Under the pieces are notes generated by a model that worked only from the letters and a program-made list of their open reading frames with translations, did not search any database and was not told where the DNA came from. Below, one piece after another: positions 1 to 13,574 of a stretch of 64,000 nt of DNA. Every line of letters begins with the position of its first letter. Positions within the stretch are counted from its first letter, which is position 1. The translations under genes were made by a program, and so were the position numbers. Source of the DNA: Marsupella aquatica (Eukaryota > Plantae > Marchantiophyta); assembly GCA_973895155.1 (NCBI GenBank), contig OZ316894.1, positions 2,744,457 through 2,808,456 on the forward strand, written 5' to 3'.

Positions 1-345
1 CCCTTTTGTGGGCCACCGATGTTGTATGCCAACGATGTTGTATGCTGGCTTTTTGAATGAATTTGAATTGGTTTTTTCAAGTCAAAAAATAACCCCTGGT
101 GTCCACCCCTTTTGTGGGCCACCCATGTTATATGCTTTTGAATGATGACCCCTGGTGTCCACCCCTTTTGTGGGCCACCCATGTTATATGCTTTTGAATG
201 AATTTCAATTGGTTTTTTTAAGTCAAAAGATGACCCTTGGTGCCCAACACTTTTGTGGGCCACCCATGTTGTATGTTTTTGAATGAATTTGAATTGGTTT
301 TTTCAAGGCAATTTTTTGAATGAATTTGAATTGGTTTTTTCTAGG
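1..345. repeat. Degenerate tandem repeat with ~55-90 bp units
   Basis: CTTTTGTGGGCCACC(C/G)ATGTT(G/A)TATG occurs four times and GAATGAATTT(G/C)AATTGGTTTTTT four times; the array probably continues left of the window. Confidence 0.8.
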
Positions 346-1470
346 CAAAAGATGAGGGCATGATCATAAGCACAGCACTGCACCAGAGTAGCTTTCTCAT
401 GAGCGTTTATCATCTCACGTGCTTGACTTTGAGTTGTTTTGATGCATTTGAAAACTGTGAAAACGTACTTATCGGTTGCAGAGGAGGACCCCTATGATTT
501 GAAAGGGTTTTACATTACTTCATGGCTACGTGTGGATGGTACGGTAATAGTGTCTTACACGGCGGCCCATCCACGGATCGATGCAGGCACATTCCAAATT
601 CAAATCCCAATGCTGTCTGCAGTGAAATTCCCGCAGTGGAGAGTGGCCATTCTATTGATATGATGAACAATTACAACAGAGTTATCTGGTCAAGTAGATG
701 GATCGCCAATTCTCCCGAATAGAATGTATGCAAAGAAAGGGTCAATTTGTACTCAAACTCCATTTAATAATGATATGTAATGTCTACGAACTGTAAATGT
801 CTTATTCTACGGGACAAGTGCCTGACTATCAGCAATGCAAGTGCTTCACGCAATCTACAAATGCTAACTATCAGCAATGCCTCACGCAATCTACAGTTAC
901 GTGTCTTTATTAATCATGCCATGGCTCTGCTCCATGTTGAGTATCTACACCAGCTACAAAACTTGCCAATCTTAACTGAGAGAGTGCAATTGTGCAGCGA
1001 TGACATGCCACTTTGTTGAATAGTGCCTGCACGGGATTCCCAGTCATAGACCTGCCACCTTGCTGCAAGTTCATGTAATGATCATCCCAGTCATACTGAT
1101 TGAAATTCGGGTACTGATCATCCCAGTCATACTGTTTGATTTACTTGTCAGGGAAGTAGGCGAGAAATATTTAAATTTGTTCTGTTTTAATGAAACTGCC
1201 ATTGGTGGCTTGTGCAATTGATATGGGATCTGAACTGGAGGCATCTCTCTCTGGCCCACTCTAGATGACTGACAATTGGGCTAAACACCATTGGGTTCGA
1301 CAAGAGTAGGGTCTTTTTCTTTCTATTCACCTCATCTGTTGTTTCTTTGTGGCCTTGAATTTTTTGATGTCCATTCAATCCCATTGCCAAGGTGCCAAAC
1401 TCTTATCTTTATCAGGAAATCAAAAGAAATAAAACAAACATGACATATAGCAGCGTTGGTCTCGTCTGCT

Positions 1471-4400
1471 TTAGCAAGATGGAGCAACACATTCTTCCTT
1501 GAGGAGGTCATCTAAAGTTCTTTGGGAGATTGGTCCCTGACCTAGATTCTCAATCTCCAGCATGAACTCAAGCACAACATTCATGGTCGGGCGATTTTCA
1601 GGCAGCACGCTTGCACAAAAAAGACCTAACTGCAAAGTCAACATCATTTGCTGCCTAATGATTGCATCACGAGCACCCTCGAATTTTAGAGTTGGGTCAA
1701 GGACCTCTATTGGTGTAACTCTGGGTGTAATATTTGACTCTTGAAAACTGCTTTGGACTATGTACACTAGACCCTCGTCTTGGCCAGAATGGGGCATGCT
1801 TTGAGTTTGTATAACTGCTTTGCCAGTCAAGAGCTCAAGAAGAACCACTCCAAAGCTATAAACATCTCCTTTGGTGCTGACTCTAGTACCTGTCCCGTAT
1901 TCTGGATCAACCAGTTATGGAAGAAAACCAAGTCAAAGATTGAGAGTAGCAAGTTACAAAATCACTCCTATCGATAAACTGTATGTAAATAACAATATCT
2001 CAAATTACAATCCTCGTGCCCGTCCTCGTGTTGCTTTAAATGCATGTCAATAAGTAGAACAGACTGAGTTAAATCATCGAGCTAATTAATCAGTAGAACA
2101 CTCACCTGGGGCCATGTAGCCAAAGGTGCCACAAATGGTTGAGGCGGACACTTCCCCATTGTCCCCATTGTTGTATGTCACAAACTTGGAAATGCCAAAG
2201 TCACATAGCTTTGGTTCCAAATCTGCATCCAGAAGTATGTTGCTTGGCTTCAAGTCTCGGTGGATGATCGGGTCTGGAAACTCGTGGTGAAGGTACACCA
2301 TTCCCTTGGTCACACCCAAGAGTATCTTGAATCTTTCTGCCCAAGTTAACTCACACGGAGCATTTCCATGCAGGTTTTCATGTAAACTCCCCTTGGGCAT
2401 GTATTCCAGCAAGATGGCCTTGATGTCCTCACTAGAGTACAGCCCAACAATATTAATGATATTGCGGTGCCGTAACTGAGCAAGCGTATGTGCCTCGCTC
2501 AAGATCGCCTTCGCATCTTGCCGCCGTCCCTCAATATTAGATGACCCTCGATCCTTCAGAACTTTGATAGCTATATACTCACCGCCAGGTAAATTAGCCT
2601 TGTACACAATGCTTTGGGGACCCTTTCCAATAGCAGCTTCCTCTCCAGCTCCTACAGCAGCAAGTATGTCAAACTTGCTAAAGAACCTCATTGAAGGATC
2701 AATGGTAAATGTGACGAGTCCGAGGTCCCTGTTATCTTCCCTGCCATGATAATGCCGGGAGGAGATATACAAGGCTCCCAGGAGAATGATAACAAATACC
2801 ACAGCAGAAACTACAGAGATCCACACAATGGGACATTCAAAACCGTTGCAATGTGATCTCCCCTTTGGCGACGCTGTAATTTCAACTGGACAGAGTCGTT
2901 GAGGCCCCAGGATACCTCCACACAGGCCAGGATTTCCCAAAAATGAAGCTGACGTCAGGTTGGCCTGGAAAGCGCCCGAATTAGGAATCGGCCCACTGAA
3001 GTTGTTGTAAGAAGCATTGAAGGTCGTGAGATCCTTAAGCAATCCAAGATCTCGAGGAATCGGTCCTGAAAACCGATTCAAAGAGACATCCAAGCTTTGC
3101 AGAGAAAGGCATCCTCCAAGGCCCAAAGGAATCGGTCCTGAGATGTTGTTGGCGGATATATTTATGACTACAATTTGCTTCAGTCCACTAATTTGTGACG
3201 GCCATGAACCAGAAAGTAGATTGCCGGATAAATTCAACATCTTCAGAGAGTTCATCGTTCCAAAAGCCTCCCCGCGAATACTGCTGGTCAGTCTATTGTG
3301 TGAAAAATCCACTGATATCAGCTGCATGCATTTGCCCAAGGAATCAGGAAGTGCCCCGGTGAGCTTATTTGTAGACAGATTCAACTGCTGCAAATAGACA
3401 AGCTGGCCAATCTCCACTGGGATGGTACCATCAAAATTATTGTCGCTGAAATCAAGGTCTTGCATCACGTAATAGTTCCTCAGGAGCTCACCATCAATAC
3501 TTCCATGAAGCTGGTTGGCTTCAAGGTGAAGCCCGACCAGACTGGTCAAATTGGCGAGCCCAAGGGGAATTTCTCCAGTCAGGGTATTTTGTCCCAATGC
3601 CAAAATAACCAGCGTGGAACAATTGCTGAGCGATTCCGGAATCGGGCCGTGAAAATCGTTATTTGAAGCATCGAAATACTGCAATAGCTGGAAAGCTCCG
3701 AAATCTCCATCTAACTTCCCGTTAAATTGATTATCCTGGACTTGTATGTAAACCAAGCTCGCCGTTTGATTGAAGATGAAGGTAGGGAGAGGGCCAGAAT
3801 CAAAAAAGTTACCTGCAATATTGAGAGAACTCAGCTGTGACAGGTTTCCTAACACGGGGGGAACCTGACCGGTGAGCTGATTATAAGATGGATCAAAGAT
3901 TTTCAGAAAAGTGCAATTTCCCACAGAAGCTGGAATCGCTCTTGAAAAATTGTTAGAATATACTGTAAATTCTGTTAGTTGGGACAGTTGCCCTATCTCT
4001 ATGGGGATTGGACCTTGCAGATTCATTTCAGCAAGAAAAACCCGCTGCAACTTTTGGAATGATCCTATGGATGAGGGAACAGCTTGAGAAACAAATCCGG
4101 GGTTGAGTCCCAACCCGAGGACCTGTAATACTGAACAGTTAGATAACGAGTCCCAGGGAAGTTCGCCGCTGAAAGCGTTACTGTCAAGATATAGAATATA
4201 CAAGTTTCTGAGGGAACCTATTTCATTTGAGATAGGACCCGTTAACTGATTCTCGAACAATTCAAGATTTCGAAGGGAGCTGAGATTGAATAGGGATCTG
4301 GGAATCTTGCCAACGACTCCACAATTTCCGATGTCAAAATGTTCCAGATTCGTCAGTGCACCTATATCACGTGGAATCTCAGAAGGATTCCAAGGATTGG

Positions 4401-5475
4401 ATCGCAGTACCAACTTGGAAAGATTTTGTAATTGTCTCCAGGACTGAGGTAAGTTTCCAGTGAGTTGATTCTCACCTACGCCGAGCTCCTGCAGTGACGT
4501 CATATTCAATGTCCACTTGGGAAAATTTCCCTGGAAGCTGCAGCCCTCTACGTGAAAACTTCGCAGGTGAATCAACTCTTGCAACTGGAACGGGAGCTCC
4601 CTTCCCAGTCCTTGATTGTAACGCAACCACAACTGGGTAAGGGATGAGCAATTACCCAAACTAGGTGGAACGGAGCCAGACAAAGAGTTTACGGCGAGAC
4701 TCAGATACTTCAAATTGGACAACGCGCCCAACTGGGAAGGAATGGGACCGTCCAAAAAATTTGTACCTAACGCCAAATACTGTAAGGCTGAGCAGTTGCC
4801 TAGTGCTTCTGGAATCACTCCAGTAAGGTTGTTAGAGAACAAATCTAGAGTTTGCAGTTTATGAAGATTTCCCACTGACGGCGGGATATTTCCATGCAGT
4901 CCGTTGAAGGACATGTTGAGATACAACAGATTGGAGCAGCTGCCAAGGCTGGCTGGTATCGAGCCGTGCAAGAGGTTTTGCGAGAGGTCCAGATGCTGCA
5001 GATTTAGAAGCTGACTGAGGAGGGTCGAGACCGTTCCTACCAGGTTAAGGCCCTCCAGATTGATGGCGGTGACGTAGTCGGAGTTCGCTGAACACTGAAC
5101 CCCCGTCCATCTACAGGGATCAGTGTCATTTGCACGCCAGCTGCTCAGCACTCTCAGCGGATCGCCCGTGATTTCACTCTTGAAAGCCATGAGAATTTCC
5201 ACTTCCTTGCTTGCCTCGATCGTGTAGAAGTTTTCATTTTGTTCAAGCGAGAGTAGTCTTCTCCGTATTTTGTAGTGTGTGGGAAGAATAGAACTGGACG
5301 CACCAGTGGATACCAGATTGAACCCTCGCATACTAGTAGCTTGTCCCATTGCTGCTATAGCACGTCCCTCTAGACCACTGTGGGTAGAACCGCAAAAGGA
5401 CCATTTGCCGTTGGCGAGAATGACAACGGTGATGATAAGATACTGAAGAAGAATGCCTCTTATCGTTGCTGCCAT
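1471..5475 (-). CDS. LRR receptor-like Ser/Thr kinase, two exons (5475-2106 and 1901-1471)
   Basis: Signal-peptide-like N-terminus (MAATIRGILLQYLIITVVILANG), LRRNT cap (W..C.W.GV.C), about 28 plant LRRs (LxxLxLxxNxLxGxIP), GNPGLCG cap, TM helix (IVWISVVSAVVFVIILLGALYI), and kinase motifs IAIK, HRDLKPSNILLD, DFG. GT-AG intron 2105-1902 lies at the usual GYMAP/E position and restores [32 protein letters not shown]. An alternative ATG exists at 5508. Confidence 0.95.
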
Positions 5476-7629
5476 CCTGACTCTCGGCCAATTGATTGAT
5501 GAATTCATACACGGTCTCTTCCTCGTTACTCGAGTATCAAACAACGGAGCCGATATCTGCAATTGGCATGATTGCTCAAATTGTAAGATCGAGAACTGAC
5601 AAATCAGGTTCTAAGTCGCGGTTAGGATCGCTCTACACTAGACTAGTGCCCTTGAGCGTTGAACAGTCACTGATTCTGTGTGGCTCGAAGATCCCATTCC
5701 CATAATCCATCACGTATTTAATAATATATATGTACATAGCGTTCATGATACAGAGTTTTGGTTGATTGTAAGCTGTGAAGTCCTATTTCCCCCAATCTAT
5801 TACGGAAGCTTAGTAAACCAGGTAACGCCTGAGCTGTACGTGTGCGCCAAATACAAGCCACGCATTACTCATGAAATTTGATCAATACAATCAAAGCCAA
5901 AATTCTAGAGAGAATTAAATGTCTCAGAGGCACTTCGGCTACTTGCGCTAAGCCAGCGGGAAGAAATTGTTCTTCTTATTAAGAGTTTAATACTTTGACC
6001 CAAAAAATTGGTTTGAGTGAAGCTAAGCTTACGAAATTAAAGTAGTATCCTTGAACTAGTCAACGCAATGGCAAGCAGAAACAATTGCAGTAGTCCAACA
6101 GAGTTCTAGTCGGACCTTTCAGCCCATCCCATGCATGTTAGGCCGATCAATTGCAATTAGCTGCGCGTGGCAGAATTCGAAGCCAGCTCACTCAGTTTCG
6201 AAAGCATACAAAGCTCCTCGACAGTTCTAAGGGGTCAAACTTTAGTAGACGTAATCTTTGCAAGAACTGTATGTGGAGGGACCATCACTGGCTTCAACTA
6301 GCTTAGCGCAGGGCCCGTTTTGTGTCAGTGCAAGAAACAACTCAGACTAGTCTATGGACTTACGTACAGGTCGACAATCTGAGAAGTCGCTGTTAATTCA
6401 TAACTAGTCGATGATGCCGAGGAGGTCAAATTTCAAAACGGTACATCGAGGGCTGGACGTGAATTTAAAAGTGACTAAATCGAGTATTCAGGGCCTCCAA
6501 TATAAACAACGAGAAACTACGTAGGATGCCTTGAGGCCTGCGCGATAGGCAACTTCAATCTGATTAATCAGATTCCCTCGTATTTTCGCCCTCTTGCTCT
6601 CGCTGAGTCTGTAGGCACGCAGGGCAAGAGCAAACAAGCAGCTCAATTACATTGATGATTTTCATGTAATGAAGGAGATACAGTTTCAAGCTCAGCATGC
6701 AGGCAGGACTGCATCAGGTGGCAAAAGCAAGAAGAAACTCACAGTATATTGACGGCAGTTGTACGTAATCAAGGCGAATTCTTAAGCTGCAGAGTGATAG
6801 TCGATCATGAGCCACAGCTGAATGACCTTTCGTCCTCGATAGCTCTCGACCTTGCACACGGTGCGATTTACACTAATTGTCTCCTGGGTCTTATGATCGA
6901 TCTTCACAGCCACATATTTGCCTGAGTGTACTCTCCTTGGGTCTTATATAGGCGCTCCAGCAATTGAACGGAACGGGATGGGAAAGGGTGGTCTGGGTCA
7001 TGTAGCCAGCTTTTAGACTCCCGGTGGACTCCGCTACCTAACTGAGCTCAAGGATCAAAGTCATGTCTCTCCGTAAAAGGCTTACCTTACAAGTAGCCAA
7101 TATCCTTCTCAACGCGCTCTGCAAGTCAGGGTACCTCGACAAGCTACTGTAGCTTGGGGCAGTTTTCACTTTTGGTTGTCTCCAAGATCTGATCGGGGCC
7201 ATCCATTGTGGAGAAAGGGGGGCTGCCAATCACTTTACAAAAGATTGGGGGCACTTTCCACCTCAACTATAACTATATGAAACTAGCCCCCACTCCATTT
7301 TAATTTTTAATTTTTTAAAACTAGCCACGGCTACCACGTGAATAGCAAAGATCCAGTACAATAATTGTGTCAAGAAAATAAATTCACTATTCACATTCTT
7401 TGAAAGTCAATGAAATGATAAAAAAAACCATAACTCTTGTCATCATTTTAATAATCATATATTAATAACATACCATTCTCCTATTTACAACGATTGACAA
7501 TATCGATGCATATTAATGTCTAAATCCGTATGACTTGTGATATGGCTGCCCGCAGCCTGCAGCCATTGCTAGACGTTAGAACAAATATAATTAGAATTAA
7601 AAAAGCCTCACCAGCTGTGCAGCAGACGC

Positions 7630-7697
7630 TGCCTGCGTGGTAGTCGAGCAGACTTGGGCCCAACTGGGCAGGGGTTCGAATCCTGCCTGGCCCAGTT
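7630..7697 (+). other. Possible tRNA-derived (SINE-head-like) remnant
   Basis: Pol III B-box GGTTCGAATCC at ~7673-7683 inside a hairpin (AACTGGGC...GCCCAGTT). The A box is weak and no cloverleaf is evident. Confidence 0.3.
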
Positions 7698-7929
7698 CTC
7701 TTTTGTAACAAACCTCACCCAAAGTGGGGTTCATTCATCAACTTTGACACTTAGAAAAAATTTACGTTCACATTCTTTCGCGGGCAGCCAACGGGGATGG
7801 TCGCGGGCAGGGAGCATGCGAGGCTCATTAATGAGCCTCGATATTGTCATCCGCGCTGAATATTCTCCTTCTATGCACATCTCCCACTTCTATGCACATC
7901 TCCCTCTTTCTATGCACATACTAGCTCGA

Positions 7930-10505
7930 TGCCTGCTGCACAAAAGATGTTGAGGCGAGAAAAGATCGATGTCGACATGAGGAAAAGATATCGATGTGAA
8001 AAAAATGAGGAAAAAGATGTCGATGAGAAAAAACATATCAAGGTGAGAAAAAGAAGTCGAGATGAAAAAAAATGTCAAGGAGAGAAAAGATGGTGAGGTG
8101 ACAACGAGACATAAAGATTGAAAGATCTCAATGAGAGAAAAAATGTCAAGGGTGAGGAAAAGATTGGAAGGTGAGAGAAGATGGCAAGTATAGAAAAAAA
8201 TAAGATATTGAGTCGAAGAAAAGATATCAAACCAGGTGAGAAAAGATCTCAAAGAGAAAAAACTTGTTACTGTGAGATAAAGATGTCAATGTGAGAAAAA
8301 GATATCAAGGTAGCCAAGATAAAGATGTTGAGAAGAAATAAATATGTAAAGATTAGAAAAAGATGTCAAGGAAAGGCAAGGCAAAAACAAATATGATTTG
8401 CGATGTAGTGGTGAGGCCGAGGGTGAGGCATGTTATGTGTGATTTTGAATCACTATATAGTTGTTGTGGTAGTGTTTAATAACCCGTGTGTTGCACATAA
8501 AAATTAAAGACCCCAGATAGTGGCCACCACATCATAGAGTTTAATTATGTTTTTATGAGGCAGTTGTGAGGCAGGTGAGTGGGCAAAGGTTCATGAATAA
8601 ATCTGAAAAAATCCAAAATAAATAAATTAGATGAAGGATCAAGATTGATTCACACTTTTCCATGAGTTTATTTTGGCCTCAAATAATTAGTTTTTAGCTT
8701 TATGAAGAAAAAACTACGTAACTTCACTCCCATTAAAAAATTTATTCTTCACAATTTCATACACCCATTTTAGTTCATTTCATATTCCTAATTCTACATC
8801 TATAGTATTTCTTTTCAAATACATAGGCTTTTTACATATAATGATTGAGTACCTCCATTAAATGTACACATCTGTACCAAAAGTTTGCCTGGGTGTACTT
8901 AACTTGTACCCCTTTGGTGTCCCCTCATAATTATTACCAGCTACGTACCCTAAGGTCATATTTGCTTTGGTGGACACTTAGTTTTAGTTGATCAAAGGCT
9001 AGAATTAATCAATCTACATATATAATACTGGATCCCGCCAAAAGTAGTCAATACTCCCTTTACAAAATGAGATTTGGTGGGAACATTGGCTCACCATTGG
9101 ATTTATGTTATCCTTTATTCCCACCTTTGATCAGTTACAAATGAGTGTACCAAAGCAAACAAGACAATAAGGTACCTAGGTGGTAACTAGGTGATAATAA
9201 TTGTGAAGACAATAAGGTACCTAGGTGGTAACTAGGTGATAATAATTGTGAGTGAACACCTAGCCTAGCAGGTACAACAGCATAATTTTTTGTCACATAT
9301 GAATATCTAATAGTCTATGCAATCATTAGACACTAAAGTAGTTTGTGTTATTGGAAAGAAATACTCTCCAGCTAAATGGATTTAGATAATTTTGAACAAT
9401 ATATTTATTAGTGGGAAGGGAATTTTGCAGTTTTGTTTTTTTTTTCTTTCTCAAAAAGCTAAAATTTAAATTTCCCTTTTAATGTATCTTTGATGTAATG
9501 ATAGGGGGGAAGTAGTGTCTCCCATATAATACCCTATTCTACCAAGAAGATCAAATAGTTCTTTTCCAAACTCATAAAAAAAAGGGAATCAATCTTAGAC
9601 CTTTATCAAAACATTGGTTTTTTACGTTGTCAGATCTATCCATACACACCATTTCAAATAAATGTCTACCCTAACTACAATTTAGCCTGCCTGCACCTAC
9701 CCAAGATAATAACTTAACTTTAAACAATCAATTGTATTTATATTTAAAAAAATGTGGATAAAATTATTATTATTCTTAAATGGAATGTAAATAAAGCACA
9801 GAAAATGCTTATTTCTCTACAAATTGAAAACTTTAATTAAAAAACACATTTTTTCCTGTCACTCGGTTAGACTCTATGATGCGGTGGTCGCTATCTCGCT
9901 TCTCCAATTTTTATGTGCAACACGAGTTACAGACCACAACCACAACAATTGTATGCCCATAATTGTGCCAATACCAACAACTACATGGCAAAGCTCTTTT
10001 ATATGTCTCCTTAGCATCTTTTTTCACTAAAGTCTTGCAGATATTTTTCTAATCTTTACATATGTATCGCTTTTCAACATCTTTTTCTCATTTCGCCATT
10101 TTTCTCACATTCACATCTTTACCTCACCATGAAAGTTTTTCCTCACTTGACATATTTTCTCCCCCTTGACATCTTTCTCTCTCTACATCTTCTCTCACCT
10201 TAACATCTTTATCTCACTGCGACATCTTTCCCTCATGCTCAACATTTCTTTCCTCAACATATTTTCCTCATTTTTACATTGTTTTCTCACTTCGCCATCA
10301 TTTCTCTCCCCAACCACTTTTCTTCACCTCGACTTCGTTTTCTCTCATCAACATATTTTTTCATCTCAACACCCTTTCCTCACCTCAACATCTTTTTTTC
10401 ACCTCAACTTCTTTTTCTCTCCTCAACTTCCTTTTTTCTCATCGACATCTTTTTTCATCATAACATCTTTTCCTCACCTTAACATCTTTTGTACAACGCA
10501 CAGGC
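7930..10505. repeat. Large degenerate inverted repeat (foldback), centre at about 9010-9115
   Basis: Colinear reverse-complement matches: ~7930-8400 (AAAAGATGT-rich) vs ~10000-10505; GTGTTGCACATAAAAATT..CATCATAGAGT (~8487) vs ~9870-9925; AAGATTGATTC..ATGAGTTT (~8641) vs ~9570-9600; TTTGCTTTGGT (~8961) vs ~9148; TGATCAAAGG (~8989) vs ~9124. Confidence 0.8.
9161..9250. repeat. Perfect 45-bp tandem duplication
   Basis: AAGACAATAAGGTACCTAGGTGGTAACTAGGTGATAATAATTGTG occurs twice. Confidence 0.95.
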
Positions 10506-11199
10506 ATGGGGCTATCCTAACATAAATGGAATGGTCAAGCTTTGTTCCCACCAAATCTGAGTTTGTAAAGGGACGATTGCCTACTTTTGGTGGGCTTTCT
10601 TTATTATAGTTGTAGATATTATGGTGGGGCCCTGGAGCCCATTTTTTGAATGTAAATAGGAATCATTACAAATTTTACATATCAAAGTGCTAAAAAGCAC
10701 AAATGCCAAACCGGGAAACAAGGTCCCAAAGGCAAATGATATACATCATAGCCATGAGTTTTCCCATCCACATGGTGGGCTATAGAGCTACTGTCTAGAG
10801 GTTTTATTCTAGAAGCCTAGACCCCAACTCTAGCTTGTGGTTACGGACCCCATTAGGGGTCTCTTGCAAATTCTCTTCCCATGAGGTTGCGCCACATCAA
10901 CACAAGTAGTCACAAACAGGAATGATCCTACTTTTAACAATAACAAACGTGCACATTCCTGTTTGTGGCAAAAGCAACGTATTTTTTGGGGCGCCATGCC
11001 ATAAATATTAAACGTAAAAAAACCAAAATGCAAAGAGATGTCATTTAGTAAAACAAAGTTACCATTTTGATGTTTGTCAAAGATATATTAGTGCTTATAT
11101 CAAAATGCTTGTATTTTTTAATTGTTTGCAAGTTTGAAAAAAGCAATGGATAGAAATGTACATAGTTGAAACCCCTTTGGCTTCACATTGTAAAACTAA

Positions 11200-11690
11200 A
11201 TAGTAAATCTCCTTAGTACTTGATAAAATCTGCCAATCTTTGATTTATTGGAAAACTCAAGATCAAGATTTAGAAACTTGTGACCTCTTTAGTAGTGTCT
11301 TGATAAAATCTCAATGTCATACTCATTGGAAAGCTAGAGTAAAATTAAAAACTCATCATCTCCTTAGTACTTGATAAAATATATCAATGTTAGGTTCATT
11401 GGAAAGCTAGAGAATTTAGATACTCATGATCTCTCTATTTCTTGACAAATAATCTCAATGTCACACATTAGAAAGCTAAAGAGATTGAGAACCTCCTGAT
11501 CTCTTGAGTACCGTGACAAAATCTGACATGAAATTTGTCAATGTCGGACTCAATGTTGGAAAGCTAAAAGAATTCAAGAACTCATGATCAAAATTTCTTA
11601 TACTCACACTCATTGGAAAGGCAAAGAAATTCAAAAACTCATATGGAACTTGACAAAATTTGTCAATTTGAGACTCATTGGAAACCCTTT
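11200..11690. repeat. Degenerate ~60-bp tandem array
   Basis: Recurrent units CTTGA(T/C)AAAAT....CATTGGAAAGCTA....AAACTCATGATC. Confidence 0.8.
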
Positions 11691-12899
11691 CTCGATTAAG
11701 AGATATCACAATCTTGTCACCGTCACAAACTTAGCCGCTACAAATTGATTTCTTTGATCACGTCGCCATCGCTTGTCCACAATGCTTGCTTCCCGGCTTG
11801 AATTGTTCGCATCTCTTAGATAGTCTTCAACTAAAGCTCACTATGAACACAGGTTGACGCCAAATGCAGCCGCTATGTCAAAGAAACAATTGTTGGTCTT
11901 CCCCTCACACCATAGCTTTCTTAAATAAAAACAACTACAAATACTTTGTGTGAAGTGATGGCTCATTCATTTTGTGTGTTCTTCCCACCAAATTGACAAG
12001 CATTTTTTTGGCAACAGCTGAGTGTTGTGCTCCACTCTGTCTTGTGGCGGTAATGCTCAATGTAACTCACAAACAATCAATCAAGAATAGTTGAAAGATT
12101 ATTTCTCCAATGTGTAAGCAAAACCTATCAAAAAACTCAATTCCTCCACATTCAACCTTCTGTTTGATAAATCTCTATCTTTTGAGCATTTGTTTTTATA
12201 CGAGCACACACCAACACCATCGGGAGACTCAAAACCGTCGGTTACCGCCTTGATGAAAATTGATTTCGCTTAATCACACACACATTCCTTGGATGAACAT
12301 GGGGGTCCACGGATTAATTAGCCTTTTATAAGTAAGATGGAGTGGAGGCCAAATTTTGCTTATGTGTAACACTCTTTTGTCCTAGATTTTAGACTAGATC
12401 ACCTCTCTTGGAGGTCTCTTTGTCTACAAACCTCTTGGTCCATGTGTATTTAAGTCATTTGCATTAACAAGGGACCTACAAGTCTCTTTTCTTGTCACAT
12501 CTAGAAATACTTTAGCCAAAAAATAAGTCTTTAGTCTGTCTTTCAGCAAATTAATCTAGCGTCCTCAATCTGCAGATTAATCTAACACCACTAGCCAAAC
12601 ATAAAGACTTGTAATCTTACACTTTACAAGACCTTGGAGTCCATAACATCATTCCGAAAATGCATTTAGCCCTGCTTCGGTGAAAAAATTCCCCCAACTT
12701 ATTGTAAAATAAGAGTTGCAGATATTATAAATGGGGGACTGCAGTGTGGACTATGGCCAAACATAAAGACCTTCCACGATGAGTACGTGCGGATATTATA
12801 AGTGGGCAACGACACTGGGGACTATGGCAGAACGTAAAATTCTTCCACAGTGAGTGTTTTGCCCATGACAATGTACCTAGCTAGCCGAGAATTAGTTAT

Positions 12900-13574
12900 C
12901 ATAGATCTGTAACACAAGCAGATATGATCTTTGTTCGCGTGATTGTTTTTTCTGTTTAATTTTTGTCTAGAAGTGGACATTCTTTATTAATTTTCTTAAC
13001 AGAGTATAGCGGTCATTTGCTTACATGGGGAGAGGAGAGATAAGTTACCTAACCGCTTTTGTTTTCCTTGTTTAGTTTTTTCCTGAGAACTAGAAGGCCA
13101 TGCATTAATTCTATGGAAGTTAAATAATGTTCAGACACCCATTTTTTTGGGGCCCCATACACTAACAATCCCAGTCCCCGACGCTGTAATTGCCCGCTCC
13201 AGTCTGATCAACTTTGGGATTATTTTCTAGTACCCTTTACTTTTTATTGACCACTTCAGCCTGGTCAACTTTGTACTGTCAACTTTGGGTTTATTTTCTA
13301 GCACCTTTTACTTTTTGTCAACTGCAATATCTCAACCGACGGAAGCTTAAGAAATGGTACCACTTTAATGTGAAGGGTGAAGCATTGGCCAAAACATCAA
13401 CTGGGACTTTCAACCAAAGTTTTGACAACGACAAAAACCAAATACTCATAAGGGTACAAGGCAGAGGCGACGGCATAGGCTTGTGTATTATTGACCGAGT
13501 AAAGTACCTTGCAATAAACACCAACCAAAGCCAATGAAGAAGAATGGTGTGGATAAGTGCTGCCTAATCTCAAA
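12900..13574. repeat. Direct repeat copy A (~675 bp)
   Basis: Colinear with 14987-15945 from CATAGATCTGT to GCCTAATCTCAAA. Confidence 0.9.

Noticed and set aside
439-722. Two short overlapping ORFs after a possible splice acceptor (~481)
   Set aside because: No recognisable domain and no upstream exon in the window, so a gene call cannot be supported.
7630-7697. Functional tRNA gene
   Set aside because: Only a B-box/T-arm-like hairpin is present; there is no acceptor stem, D arm or anticodon arm.
7890-10525. Phe/Ser/Leu-rich ORFs (7890-8252, 10166-10525) as membrane proteins
   Set aside because: They are translations of the low-complexity arms of the foldback repeat.
11200-11690. CRISPR-like repeat-spacer array
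   Set aside because: Whole units are degenerate copies with no unique spacers, the context is eukaryotic, and no cas genes are present.
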